IMG/VR virus record: IMGVR_UViG_3300020403_000035
Span: 1-36,624 of that record
Strand: one strand, 5' to 3'
DNA from: a virus
Lineage: Duplodnaviria > Caudoviricetes
Length of the DNA stretch: 36,624 nucleotides
Shown: positions 1-10,700 of the stretch, in pieces
How positions within the stretch are numbered: position 1 is the stretch's first letter
Layout of the letters: every line of letters starts with the position of its first letter
The notes under the pieces: generated by a model
Told to the model about the DNA's origin: nothing
What the model saw: the letters and a program-made list of their open reading frames with translations, nothing else
Databases searched by the model: none
Program-made: the position numbers and the translations under genes

Positions 1-492
1 TGTAAAGAAAAGTATTTACTCCAAGGTAACCATGATCTCTGGTTGGATAATTTTGCTAATAAATATCCTTACCTTTCTGATTACACTTTTTTCAAAGCGT
101 GTAAAATAAAAGAAAGAGGATATAAATATACGGAGTATAACTTGCCTATCCAGGTAGGTAAGTTAGCTTTCTTTCACGGTGCGTTTGCAACAACGTATCA
201 CGCAAAGAAACATTTAGAAACGTATGGAGAAAATGTAATGTATGGACATACGCACGATCTTCAAAGACATACACAAACAAAGCTAGGCGGTAATATAGCA
301 GCTTGGTCTTTAGGATGTTTAAAGAATATGTCACACGAAGATAATAAGTGGCTACGTGGTAGATTACATAATTGGGCACACGCATTTGCAATTGTAGATT
401 GGTTTACAAATGGTGAGTTCAAGGTAGAAATTGTAGAAATAATTGACGGTAAGACAACTGTGTGGGGTGAGATAATAGATGGAAACAAGTAA
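1..492 (+). CDS. Calcineurin-like metallophosphoesterase (5' partial)
   Basis: The frame is open from base 1 (CKEKYLLQGNHDLW). It carries the GNHD, FFHG and GHTH motifs of the metallophosphoesterase superfamily. Confidence 0.9.
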   Translation, partial: CKEKYLLQGNHDLWLDNFANKYPYLSDYTFFKACKIKERGYKYTEYNLPIQVGKLAFFHGAFATTYHAKKHLETYGENVMYGHTHDLQRHTQTKLGGNIAAWSLGCLKNMSHEDNKWLRGRLHNWAHAFAIVDWFTNGEFKVEIVEIIDGKTTVWGEIIDGNK

Positions 493-634
493 TACCATAT
501 CAGATAGTGTAAAAGGCACTTCTACAAACAATAGCAGAAGAAAGTATAACTTTACTGCTAAAAAGAAAAAAGTAAAGAAATTAAAAACAATGATGGACGT
601 AACTAGGAATGCCAAAAAAAATATTAAATATTAA
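479..634 (+). CDS. Small basic hypothetical protein (51 aa)
   Basis: ATG 479 to TAA 634 (METSNTISDS...KKKKVKKLK). It fills the gap between, and overlaps, both neighbours. Not in the ORF track. Confidence 0.55.
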   Translation: METSNTISDSVKGTSTNNSRRKYNFTAKKKKVKKLKTMMDVTRNAKKNIKY

Positions 635-3089
635 TAACTTTAGTGGCGGTCTTAATGAAAAGACTACTCCAAGAGACTTAGCACCTAACGAGTTTCAACG
701 TGCAGACAACATGAATAATGAAATTCCTGGTAAGTTAACGGTATTTGGAGAGTCTGTAGATGGACCGTATACTGGTAATTTAGGTCCTAGCAATAATTAT
801 ATTACTGCGTTAAGTCGTGGTACTGGATTACATCATGTAAATTTAGATAGAGATGTAGATGATGAATCTGTTGGTCCTAATCAATATTTGTTTGTTAATG
901 ATCTTGCAGATTCTGAAGTTAGAATTGTAGATATTACAGCAACTGGTAGTTTAGTTACTAAAACTATTGATTATGGTAATAGTGCTTCTAATGTAGATAT
1001 GTATACTATTGATGGATCTACAAGAATAATACCAGAAAGTACTGCAAGTTTAAATGCGCCAAAAGTTTTTGAATATTATAATTATGAAAGAAAATTAGGA
1101 ACTACTAGTACTGATGCAATTACTAACACTCAAGAGTTGTATGATACTTCTGATATGTATTTAGCACCTTTACGTACAAATGTAGCAGGTTACGATGTAG
1201 ATGATTTACATTATGCTAATTTTTTTGATCCAACAAGAAAAAGCGAAGTATTTTTATTTGATAATTACAGTGTAAACAATGTACAACAAATAAGTAATGC
1301 TAATTTATTTGATACTGGAGCAGCAGATAGTTTATATGGAGAACTAGATAGTTATCCTAATCATGGAACAGATAAAGGTTCTTGGGCTTTTATGGCACAT
1401 TTAACTGATACAACTGACAATGATCCTGGTGGTAGTATTTTAGTTAGTCAAAGTTATAGATATGGTTTATTTTGTTCTTTAGTTTATAAATCACAAGATG
1501 GATTAACTCCACAAGAATCTTCTCCTGTGTTTATTGGAACAGCTAAACAATCTATTACTGCATCTACTGCTGAAGATAAAAATCAAAAACTATATATTCA
1601 TGTTGTTGGTAGAATGGGAGAGCGTTTAAATAGAGTTGCTGGTTTCAAAGTTTATTGGGCAAGAATCCGTAATTATGTAGATATAGGAGGTACTTCAAAC
1701 CGCACTGGCGACGTTGGACCAAAGTATTTATTATGTGAAGTAGACTATGAACAAGGATTAAGAACTGGAGGAGAGGATACTTATTTTCCATTTAGAGTAA
1801 AAGATATTACATCAAGTAATAATCATTTTATTTTTCCAGAAGACGGTTGGAATGGTACTGCAGGAAGTACTGCTGCTTACAGTATTTTAAAACCTTTAGC
1901 TATATCTTCTTTATCAGTTTCAGAACCATATACAGGTTCTAAAAAACCTACTGCTTTAGGAAGACAAGGAACTACTTTTAAAAGCAATGTAATGATAAAT
2001 AGAAGAGTATATGCTGGTAATGTTAAGTATTATGATGAAGATAATAAGTTAGTTGTAAAAAATGATAGGGTTTTTAAGTCAATACCAAACAAATTTGATT
2101 ACTTTCCTACTAATAGTTTTTTAGATGTAGCAGTAGAAGACGGAGATGAAATAATACATTTAGCTGCTATTAACAGTAAATTGCTACAATTTAAAAAGAA
2201 TAAATTGTTTATTGTAAATTGTCAAAGAGATCTTGAGTTTTTAGAAGTAGAATTAAAGTACAAAGGTTGTGAACGTTCATATCACGTTACAACAGGTGCT
2301 GGTTTTGTTGCCTGGTTTAATCGACAAGGCGTATATTTGTATGATGGTCAACGTTTAATAGACTTAGACATATCTAGAGTAGGGCAAGGTCGTTTTACGA
2401 GCATATATGACAAATTAGGTGGATCTGTTGTAGGTGCTGGATTTTTAGAAAGCAGCATAGGATATTTACCTGAATCTAAAGAATTGATTATTGCTAATCC
2501 TTCAGGTCAAGTATTAAAGTACGATATTAAATCTGAAAGCTGGAGTGAAGGTAAAAATTTTGATAGCAATGCTAACTCTTCTAATGTTGTATCAAGAGCA
2601 TCAGATGCTGATATAACTAATTTTGTAAATATCAACAACGGAGATTTGGTCTATGGCATAGAACGTAATTCTAACAATCCTAATGATGGATCTAGATTGC
2701 GTAAATGGAATAATAATTCTGCTGCATTTACTGCTAGTGGACAAATTGTATTTAAGTCAAAAGAGTTTGATATGGACACTCCAAGTGTTAATAAAAGTAT
2801 TGTAAATATATACATTACTTATAAACGTGGAGAAAACATACTAATAAAAGGATTTGGAGTTAGAATAGATGGTACTGAGGTTAATGATACCTTGGTAGCA
2901 GGACAAACACAAGAATTAACAAATACTAGTAATGATTTTAAAACACAAAAAATTAAAGTAAGTAATACTGTTTTTAAAAATATAGCAGCATTTGGTATAC
3001 AACTTTATGCTGATAATTCTGGTACTGTACATAAAGATTTTACTATAAATGATATACAAATTGTTTTTAGAGATAAGGTTGCTAGATGA
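609..3089 (+). CDS. Tail tubular protein B / nozzle (stabilisation protein)
   Basis: 826 aa and beta-rich. The N-terminal NNFSGGLN...PRDL..NE....NM pattern and the C-terminal KSKEFD..TPSVNK pattern are typical of podovirus nozzle proteins. It lies upstream of the ejection genes. Confidence 0.7.
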   Translation: MPKKILNINNFSGGLNEKTTPRDLAPNEFQRADNMNNEIPGKLTVFGESVDGPYTGNLGPSNNYITALSRGTGLHHVNLDRDVDDESVGPNQYLFVNDLADSEVRIVDITATGSLVTKTIDYGNSASNVDMYTIDGSTRIIPESTASLNAPKVFEYYNYERKLGTTSTDAITNTQELYDTSDMYLAPLRTNVAGYDVDDLHYANFFDPTRKSEVFLFDNYSVNNVQQISNANLFDTGAADSLYGELDSYPNHGTDKGSWAFMAHLTDTTDNDPGGSILVSQSYRYGLFCSLVYKSQDGLTPQESSPVFIGTAKQSITASTAEDKNQKLYIHVVGRMGERLNRVAGFKVYWARIRNYVDIGGTSNRTGDVGPKYLLCEVDYEQGLRTGGEDTYFPFRVKDITSSNNHFIFPEDGWNGTAGSTAAYSILKPLAISSLSVSEPYTGSKKPTALGRQGTTFKSNVMINRRVYAGNVKYYDEDNKLVVKNDRVFKSIPNKFDYFPTNSFLDVAVEDGDEIIHLAAINSKLLQFKKNKLFIVNCQRDLEFLEVELKYKGCERSYHVTTGAGFVAWFNRQGVYLYDGQRLIDLDISRVGQGRFTSIYDKLGGSVVGAGFLESSIGYLPESKELIIANPSGQVLKYDIKSESWSEGKNFDSNANSSNVVSRASDADITNFVNINNGDLVYGIERNSNNPNDGSRLRKWNNNSAAFTASGQIVFKSKEFDMDTPSVNKSIVNIYITYKRGENILIKGFGVRIDGTEVNDTLVAGQTQELTNTSNDFKTQKIKVSNTVFKNIAAFGIQLYADNSGTVHKDFTINDIQIVFRDKVAR

Positions 3090-3223
3090 GAAAAGGTTTT
3101 GGATCTGTAGAAGTTAGAAAACCTACAAAGAAAAAAACTAGACAAGGTCGTGGCAAACGCACTAAATACGGTAATAAGTTAAGCAAGAAGTATTATAAAA
3201 AACGTAAAAGAGGACAAGGATAA
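3086..3223 (+). CDS. Tiny basic protein (45 aa, KKTRQG...KRGQG)
   Basis: ATGA overlap with the upstream stop and TAATG overlap with the downstream start. Very K/R-rich. Confidence 0.75.
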   Translation: MRKGFGSVEVRKPTKKKTRQGRGKRTKYGNKLSKKYYKKRKRGQG

Positions 3224-3510
3224 TGGCAAAGAAAAAAGATCCTAGGTTAGCAAGAGCTGGTGTATCTGGCTATAATAAACCTAAAAGAACACCTAATCAT
3301 CCTAAGAAATCACACGTAGTGGTTGCAAAAGTTGGTGATAAAGTAAAAACAATTAGGTTTGGACAGCAAGGCGTTAGAGGTGCTGGTAAAAATCCAAAAA
3401 GTAAAAAAGATAAAGCTAGACGTAAATCTTATTACGCTAGACATAATGCACAAGATGCCAAACCAAGCAAATTAAGTGCTAGGTATTGGTCACATAAAGT
3501 AAAATGGTAA
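3223..3510 (+). CDS. Basic hypothetical phage protein (95 aa)
   Basis: Translationally coupled ORF with IRFGQQG, YYARH and SARYWS motifs that I recall from environmental phage hypotheticals. Confidence 0.8.
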   Translation: MAKKKDPRLARAGVSGYNKPKRTPNHPKKSHVVVAKVGDKVKTIRFGQQGVRGAGKNPKSKKDKARRKSYYARHNAQDAKPSKLSARYWSHKVKW

Positions 3511-3521
3511 AGGAGTAAAAT

Positions 3522-3614
3522 ATGCCTTACGGAAAAGGAACATATGGAAGTAAAGTAGGTAGACCACCTAAAAAGAAAAAAAAGAAATCTAAGAAGAAAG
3601 GAAAGAAAAAATAA
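3522..3614 (+). CDS. Tiny poly-Lys protein (30 aa, MPYGKGTYGSKVGRPPKKK...)
   Basis: AAGGAG Shine-Dalgarno (SD) upstream, TAATG coupling downstream, and an AT-hook-like GRP core. Confidence 0.75.
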   Translation: MPYGKGTYGSKVGRPPKKKKKKSKKKGKKK

Positions 3615-3739
3615 TGGCTAAAACAGTAAGTTGGATGTGGGGTGGCAAACGTTATAAAGGTACTCTAATAAGAGAAACTAAAACACATAAATTTGCTAGA
3701 ACACATAACGGAAAAATTAAAAAGATTAAAAAGAAATAA
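3614..3739 (+). CDS. Tiny basic protein (41 aa, MAKTVSWMWGGKRYKG...)
   Basis: Coupled at both ends (TAATG upstream, TAA immediately followed by ATG downstream). Confidence 0.75.
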   Translation: MAKTVSWMWGGKRYKGTLIRETKTHKFARTHNGKIKKIKKK

Positions 3740-3958
3740 ATGTTAAGAGAAAGTATATTAAGCGTTTTAAGAGAACAATCTTCTAAGGTTACTGAAGTAG
3801 AAAGCTCTATGGAAACACCTATTCAGGTACAATCAGAAGTACCAGATAATAGTGATGGTTTTAGTGGCGATCGTGTAGTAGTAGAAAACGACGCTGGTAG
3901 TTTTTTATATATTAAAGTTGCTGAAAGATGGATGAAAACAGATTTGGAGGAAGTATAA
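3740..3958 (+). CDS. Hypothetical protein (72 aa)
   Basis: Coupled ORF within the structural operon. Confidence 0.7.
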   Translation: MLRESILSVLREQSSKVTEVESSMETPIQVQSEVPDNSDGFSGDRVVVENDAGSFLYIKVAERWMKTDLEEV

Positions 3959-4923
3959 TGTCGGATCAAGACAACAGAACAAGAACTGCTGCTGATATAG
4001 TTGGCGAATCGTCTTTAGCTATTGCAGAAGATACTGTAGAAAGACAGAATAGATTTGCTAATTCTGCTATTGGACAAGCATTGTTTTATGGTACAGCAAT
4101 GACACAAATGGCTAGATTAGGCGGTCAGGTAGAAAAAACTATACCAGCTATAAAAGAAGGTATAGGAGAAATGACGCAGTTTTTTAAAGATAGAAAAGGT
4201 TTTAGAGAAAAATTTAATAATTTATCTGATGCTGAAAAAAAAGGTTTTACAGGGTTTAGAGATTATATGCGTCAACAAAGAAGAAAAGTTGATTTAGGTA
4301 TGCAAAATTTTGGGGTTGGAGATGAAATGACATTTTACGGTAAAGATGGTCCAGTATCTGCTGGTACTAGATCTTTGAAACCTTTAGAAGATAGAAATAA
4401 ATTAAGAGCATTTTTCTTAAACAGTGTAGAAGATTATCAGTTTAATCCTGAAACTGGAGAAACGCTGCAGGTAAATCCTGGTTCAAATGTATTAAATATT
4501 GTTGAAGAATCTGCTCCTCCAGCTGGATCGTTTAGATATAGTCCTACTTTGAAATCAACCTTACAGTTGCATAGTGGACCTAATCCTCAAGCAAATACTA
4601 TTGGTGTAATACCTCAAAACATAACAACACCAGGAGTTGTAAATGCTGCTGGACCAAATACAGGTACTCCGCAAGATCCATCTGCTCGTCCTGCTATATT
4701 CCAAGGCCCTTTAACTGGAACTCCTGGTATAGCTCAAGATTATTTAAATATGAATTATAATATTGGAAAAGGTATTTATAATTATGGACAACAAGGAGTT
4801 AATAGTGTTTTAGATTTTTACAATCAAAACATAGCTGGTAATGAAGGAACAATAGCTAGAACAGCATTTGGTACTACAATGAACTTAATTGGTTCAAGGT
4901 TTGGGTATAGCCGTGATAATTAA
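3958..4923 (+). CDS. Hypothetical protein, probable internal virion/ejection protein
   Basis: GGAGG SD and TAATG coupling favour ATG 3958 over 3928. G/Q/P-rich composition and position support an ejection role. Confidence 0.55.
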   Translation: MSDQDNRTRTAADIVGESSLAIAEDTVERQNRFANSAIGQALFYGTAMTQMARLGGQVEKTIPAIKEGIGEMTQFFKDRKGFREKFNNLSDAEKKGFTGFRDYMRQQRRKVDLGMQNFGVGDEMTFYGKDGPVSAGTRSLKPLEDRNKLRAFFLNSVEDYQFNPETGETLQVNPGSNVLNIVEESAPPAGSFRYSPTLKSTLQLHSGPNPQANTIGVIPQNITTPGVVNAAGPNTGTPQDPSARPAIFQGPLTGTPGIAQDYLNMNYNIGKGIYNYGQQGVNSVLDFYNQNIAGNEGTIARTAFGTTMNLIGSRFGYSRDN

Positions 4924-5413
4924 TAAAAAACCTAAATTCGATGAAAAGCTTTATGCACACATGAAGTTGCGTGAAGGATATAAAAATGAAGTATATTTAG
5001 ATACTTTAGGAAAACCTACTTGTGGAGTTGGACATTTACTTACAAAACAAGAACAAAAAGATTTTCCTGTGGGAACTGAAGTAGATGATTACAAAATTAA
5101 AGAATGGTATATGGAAGATATTACCACTGCATTAGAAGCAGCTAAGAAACAAGCAAGCATACTATCTACAGATGATGAACATATTGTTATAGCATTAACA
5201 TCTGTTAACTATCAACTAGGTAGAAGTTGGACTAAAAAGTTTCCTACTGCTTGGAAGTGTTTGTGCCATAAAGAGTATGATCGTGCTATTGATGAAATAA
5301 TGTACGCAGACAAGGATTCGGGTAGACATTCACGTTGGTACAAACAAACACCAGTACGTGTAGAAGATTTTGTAACAGCAATAAAAAGATTAAAGGAGAT
5401 ACATAATGGCTAA
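4889..5413 (+). CDS. T4-like lysozyme (GH24 muramidase)
   Basis: Catalytic E-x8-D-x5-T triad in REGYKNEVYLDTLGKPTCGVGH, plus C-terminal SRWYKQTPVR. The start is uncertain (TTG 4889 or GTG 4913). Confidence 0.9.
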   Translation: MVQGLGIAVIINKKPKFDEKLYAHMKLREGYKNEVYLDTLGKPTCGVGHLLTKQEQKDFPVGTEVDDYKIKEWYMEDITTALEAAKKQASILSTDDEHIVIALTSVNYQLGRSWTKKFPTAWKCLCHKEYDRAIDEIMYADKDSGRHSRWYKQTPVRVEDFVTAIKRLKEIHNG

Positions 5414-6113
5414 AATGTATGATAATATTTTAGAGTGGGCTAAAGACAATGAAGTTGAATTATCTTCTAAAGATAGAAATCTTATTGTTAAGTCAGGCGG
5501 TATAACTTCTTTAAAAAATGCTACACCAGCTAATTATTATCAGATGGGTGTTGAACCAACAAATAAGAATTACAAGGATATGTATAAAGAAATTAAAAAA
5601 CAAGGAGATGGAATGGCTAATCGTGATTTTATGACAGACTATCAACGTGGGAATGCTCACGTTTGGGGAAGAATAAGTGGAGAGTCTCAAACATTAAGAA
5701 GTGGTTTAAAGTCTACAATAAAACATGGAAGTTTATATAAAAAATTCGAAAATGATAAAAATTTTCAAAAATTTTATAAAGCTGAAACAACTGATAAAAA
5801 AATAAAAGTTATTAAAGATGTTTTAGGTAAGAAAACAATGGCACCTTTTGATGAATATAGCTTTGAGGACTATGATAAATATTTTAAAAAACATATGGCT
5901 GTTATGCCTGAAGAACCAGTGCGTAGTAAAGTTGTACAACCGTATGTAGATAGAGAGCAACAGAATTACGATGAAATGGAAGCACGTGTAGATGCGGTTA
6001 AAAAACAAGCGTCTTTAGAATATGCGCAATATTTTAATGAAATGAATTGGTTAAAAGCTATTTCTCCTAATTTAGAATTTAAACCATTTGGTAGTCAAAA
6101 GGAGGTATCATAA
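5406..6113 (+). CDS. Hypothetical protein (235 aa)
   Basis: AAGGAG SD and coupling to neighbours. No motif recognised. Confidence 0.7.
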   Translation: MAKMYDNILEWAKDNEVELSSKDRNLIVKSGGITSLKNATPANYYQMGVEPTNKNYKDMYKEIKKQGDGMANRDFMTDYQRGNAHVWGRISGESQTLRSGLKSTIKHGSLYKKFENDKNFQKFYKAETTDKKIKVIKDVLGKKTMAPFDEYSFEDYDKYFKKHMAVMPEEPVRSKVVQPYVDREQQNYDEMEARVDAVKKQASLEYAQYFNEMNWLKAISPNLEFKPFGSQKEVS

Positions 6114-6580
6114 TGATGGGATACATAGTAGGTGCTATTGCTGGTGGTGTAATGGCAAATGCTCAAAAGAAAGCAGAACAAGAACGTAAAAATCAAGTAA
6201 GAAATACAACATCTCAAGGTATAAGAGATTTACAACCATTATATGCTGATTACAGAGCTGATGCTGCTATTGCAGCAGGATTACAATTTAATCAACAAAA
6301 TTTAGCCGTAGCTAATGCACAAAGCGGTTATGATATGGAAATGAGTGGATATGGTAGAACTAACTTAGCAGGTTTTGAAAATCCAGCAATAGGAGATCCT
6401 ACTAGCAGATTACAAGCTATAGGCATACAAAATCAATCTAGCTTACTAGCAAACTCACAAGCATTAGAAAATAGACTAGAAACTTTAGATGCAGCAGAAA
6501 GACAGCTAAGAGGACAAGCGTTGCAGAGTGGAGTAGTATTACCTAGTACAGAAACAATTTTAGCACAGGGGGAAAAATAA
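6113..6580 (+). CDS. Probable internal virion/ejection protein
   Basis: Hydrophobic G/A-rich N-terminus followed by A/Q-rich helices, as in small podovirus ejection proteins. AGGAGG SD. Confidence 0.6.
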   Translation: MMGYIVGAIAGGVMANAQKKAEQERKNQVRNTTSQGIRDLQPLYADYRADAAIAAGLQFNQQNLAVANAQSGYDMEMSGYGRTNLAGFENPAIGDPTSRLQAIGIQNQSSLLANSQALENRLETLDAAERQLRGQALQSGVVLPSTETILAQGEK

Positions 6581-7782
6581 TGGCAAATTATCAAACAGAT
6601 TTTTTACAGGCATTATCTATGGCTGGTAATTCTTTGTCAGGATTAATGCAGGATATACGTGAACCAACTTTTCAAGAACAGTTAAAGTTGCGTGAAGAAT
6701 CTCAAATGAGATTAAATCAACAAGGACAAAACTTTGCTTTAGAAAGAATGGGCGTAGATCAAGATTATGCTTTAGAAAGAATGGATAAATCAACTGAAGA
6801 AGCTTTAGAGCAATATGGTGGACAAAAAATAATAGACTTTCAGGATATGAAAGATAGGGATGAATATCTTAATTTAAATCCTGAAAGAGCAGAACAAATG
6901 CAAAAAATAGAACAAGCTATTAAAGAAAGAGATACAGATTGGCTAAGAGATAATTATGAAGAAAATATTGATCTTCATAAAGATATAGAAATATATGCTG
7001 AAAAAGCTAACAAAAAAGTCAATGAACAAGATTGGTTAAATTATTTATCCTTTGGTATGTTTGGATATGAAGGTAAAGATAAAATACAAGCTGAAAGAGA
7101 CGATTTCTTTTTTGATAAAGAAACAGGAAGAATGTTAAGAAGAAACGATGAGTTTTACAAACAAGAAAGAGACTTTAGAGAAGTAAACAAAGTAGTAGAA
7201 CAAGCAGCTGGTGTAAGTCCTGAGTTCAGTCAAGAAAATCAAGATATGCAGGGCGGTTTAAATTCTTACTACGGAATGTTTGACTTAAACGATCCTAATC
7301 AAATGAATGCAGCACATACATTTTTTCGTATGCAAAATGAAGGTATGTATGCTGAAATGCTTGTTCAGAATCAAAAAATGACAGCAATGGATGCTATACT
7401 CGGAGAAGGTAAAACTCCTGAATTGAGTGTAGAAGATATTATTGCGGGTGTAGATAAACAAGTACCTAAAGATAGATTGTTAAGAAGAACTCCAGATAAT
7501 AGAATGGAATACACAGCAGCACAAAAAAATGCTTACGCAAGTTCTTTAGGTTTGGTTACCTTGCAAGCACAGTATGCTTTACAAGATAAGTTCGGTGGTA
7601 TTAATAGAGACCGTCAAAAAGAAGCGTTAAAGGATCTTGTACAAGCTAAATCTATGGCTGAAAAGCTAATGAAGAACACTAAGTTTGGTAGTACTCCAAA
7701 AGATCAAATAGATAGAGATAAAAAATATTATCAAGAATCTATTAAATTAATTAATACTTGGATGTCTGCATTGCAGCGATAA
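6580..7782 (+). CDS. Probable internal virion/ejection protein (400 aa)
   Basis: Helical Q/E/M-rich protein with an 11-aa ALERM repeat. It lies directly upstream of the giant gene. Confidence 0.55.
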   Translation: MANYQTDFLQALSMAGNSLSGLMQDIREPTFQEQLKLREESQMRLNQQGQNFALERMGVDQDYALERMDKSTEEALEQYGGQKIIDFQDMKDRDEYLNLNPERAEQMQKIEQAIKERDTDWLRDNYEENIDLHKDIEIYAEKANKKVNEQDWLNYLSFGMFGYEGKDKIQAERDDFFFDKETGRMLRRNDEFYKQERDFREVNKVVEQAAGVSPEFSQENQDMQGGLNSYYGMFDLNDPNQMNAAHTFFRMQNEGMYAEMLVQNQKMTAMDAILGEGKTPELSVEDIIAGVDKQVPKDRLLRRTPDNRMEYTAAQKNAYASSLGLVTLQAQYALQDKFGGINRDRQKEALKDLVQAKSMAEKLMKNTKFGSTPKDQIDRDKKYYQESIKLINTWMSALQR

Positions 7783-7785
7783 AAA

Positions 7786-10700
7786 ATGTTCAAGTTAGAT
7801 AGAAGAATAGAATTACTTCAAAATGAACTTGAAGGCGGTAGAATTGATGAATTTCAATTTGCTATGGGCCTTAAAAAGTTCTATGATCGTACGCCTACAT
7901 CATTTGATACACGTAGTCTGCGTTTTATGGAGACTAAAATCAATGAAGCAGGATTACCTCTTACAGAAGGTAGGCAAGGCCGTAGTGACGGTATTTTAGC
8001 ACAAACTGTATCTGGGTTAATTGAAGGTTTTACAACTTTTGGTTTTGCAGATACGCCTGATACATCCGCAGAGCGTATAGCTAACAACGTTGGACACTTA
8101 ATTGGTTTAGCACCAAGTTTAGTAGTTTCTACTATTACTGGTGGTAGAGCTGCAGTAGGTGTTGTAAGTCGTGGTTTAAGAGAAAAAGCTAGAAAAAGTA
8201 AGAATGAACGTATAGCAAAAATTGCTGATCGTTTAGACGAAAGTTCACAGTCTTGGGAAAATAGCAATCTAAAGATTAAAAAAGGTATGGATGCTATGGC
8301 TAGACTTACTAGAATGAAAGGTTCTCCTACTGGTTTTGATCCTCAAACAGGAAAACCTTTGTATGGTCTTGTATCTTTTCCTGGTTTAGCAGCAAACTTT
8401 ATTCAAAAACAAGCTACTAAAGGACTTCACAATAACAATGTAAGAGTCTTAGAGTATATGAATAAAGGAATACTTAAGAGCAAGTACATAGATAAAGGTG
8501 CTGTAGAAAACATTGTAAATCAATCTATACACTTAAGTTTATTAATGGCTATGTCTTCACAACCTTTAGGTACTAGAGGCGAAGGTATGAAAGGTATGGC
8601 TTTAGCTGGTGTTCATGGAGCTGTAGCAGGTGCAATATTTGGAGGTATTGGCGAGTATGTAAACATTGGTAGGATGTTAGGTAGCAGCAATAAGATAGTA
8701 AGAACTTCTGGTGAAAATGTTGTACGCAGTTTTGCTAAAGCTTTAGGAACACAACCAAATAGAATTGACCAATATAACACTATTAATTTTATTATGCGTG
8801 GTGGTGCAGGGGTAGGTTATGGTACAGTTACTTCAGAACTTCATGATTTACCATTAGAAGATCAAATATATGAAACATTATTAGCTGCGTTTTTTAGTGT
8901 AAACAGTAGAGCATCTTTTGAGAATAGAGCTACTAGAGATATATATAACTCTATGAATGCAATACCAAGAGATTATAATATGAAACAAGCTAGAAAATGG
9001 CTTACTGAACAACCTTGGTATCAAAACGAAACTTCTGAGTATCAAGCATATTGGAGTAGATATTTAAAAAATATACAACAACAACAGATAGATTATACTG
9101 TTAATCAATTTAACGACATTGTTTTGGCTTATGCAGAAACATACAAAGAATTAAAAGAAAAAGGTATTATTACTCCTGAAATGGAGCAAAAAGCTAAAAC
9201 AGATCGTAAAGCTAAAGAAAAAATATTATCTGAAATGTATGATGCTTTAGATAAACAAAAAGCTGAAATAGAAGAAAGCATTATAGCTAATCGTACAGAA
9301 AAACAAATAGGTGACACAGAACAAGTTGCTAAAGATATTGAACAGAAAAAATTTAGATTAGACTCTATTACGTTAGAAGACGGTAGAACTATTGAATATC
9401 AGGTACAAGAAGTTGATCCGTTGTCTGAACATTTGCCTAAACAAAAATCTTTAAAAGATATATTTGTTGAAGTTAAACGTAAAAATAAAAGTGCAAGCGT
9501 ACAAGATTTGCACAATATGTTTAAAAAGACTATAGATGATGCAAATTATGATGTAAATACTTTTGTTAGAGATGTTGTAAAAAAATATAGAATTAATATT
9601 AGTGAACAACAACAAAGAGATTTAATACAATCTGCACATTATTTAAAAAATATTGATCGTTTTCCTATAGCTAGAGTTTACATAGTAGGTGAAAAAAGTT
9701 TAAAACAAGAAAAAGAAATGGATCCATTGCTTGAAAAAGAAGCTCCTGAAACTGATATTTATGATAAACCTATAGGTGGTGATAAAGCAGGTAACGCTAC
9801 GCACGGTTCTAGTCGTGTAAATAAAAACAATAATTTTAACACCAAAGATGGTGATACGTTGCATTACGATTACGATTATTTAACTACTCGTATATTAGAA
9901 CGTATATGGGATCATCAATCTAATCAATATAGAAATAGACCTAGAGTTAAAAATGTTGCACCGTTGTCTGTAGATATTTTTAGATATATACCTAAATCAG
10001 AAAGAGATGATAAAGGTAGACGTATTAGACCATTAGAGTTAGCAGAACATATGACTAACAAACAATTAACTAATATGGCTAAACAATTAGAAAAAGAAGG
10101 TGCATTTATTTATGCAGCTAACGGTGAAACTGGTAGAATACAAGTAAGAGCTTATCCTTGGAGAACAGGAACAAAATTAAAAGAAATAAAAAAGATAAAT
10201 GATTTTTTAATTGATGATTTAAAAATACCAGTTACAAAAGCTAGGTATAAAAGTAATGTAGCTACTTTAATGTGGCGTATGCAAGAAACAGGATTAATTA
10301 GATTAGGCGAAATGCCTACTAAAAAATTGATACGTGAATGGGTTAAAACAGAACCGTATGAAAGTGTAACTAAATTTCAAAAACGTACTAAACATCATTC
10401 TGGTATTGAAATGGCTTTAGATCCAGCATATTTTATTGGATACAAAAACATTACAAAAACACGTCAAATTAATAGAGAAACCTTTAATCCTAAAAATTTT
10501 ACAGATATTAAATTATCGTTAGATGTTGATACTATTAACAGGTTTTTAAATGATAAACGTTATACAGATATTGATATGGAACCAATATTTGAAAACACAT
10601 ATATTACATTGTACGGTGAGCGTTCTAGCAAAGTTAATAATGATAGATATGCACAATTTGAAAAAGATAATCCTGAGCTAATAAAACGTGTAGAAGAACA

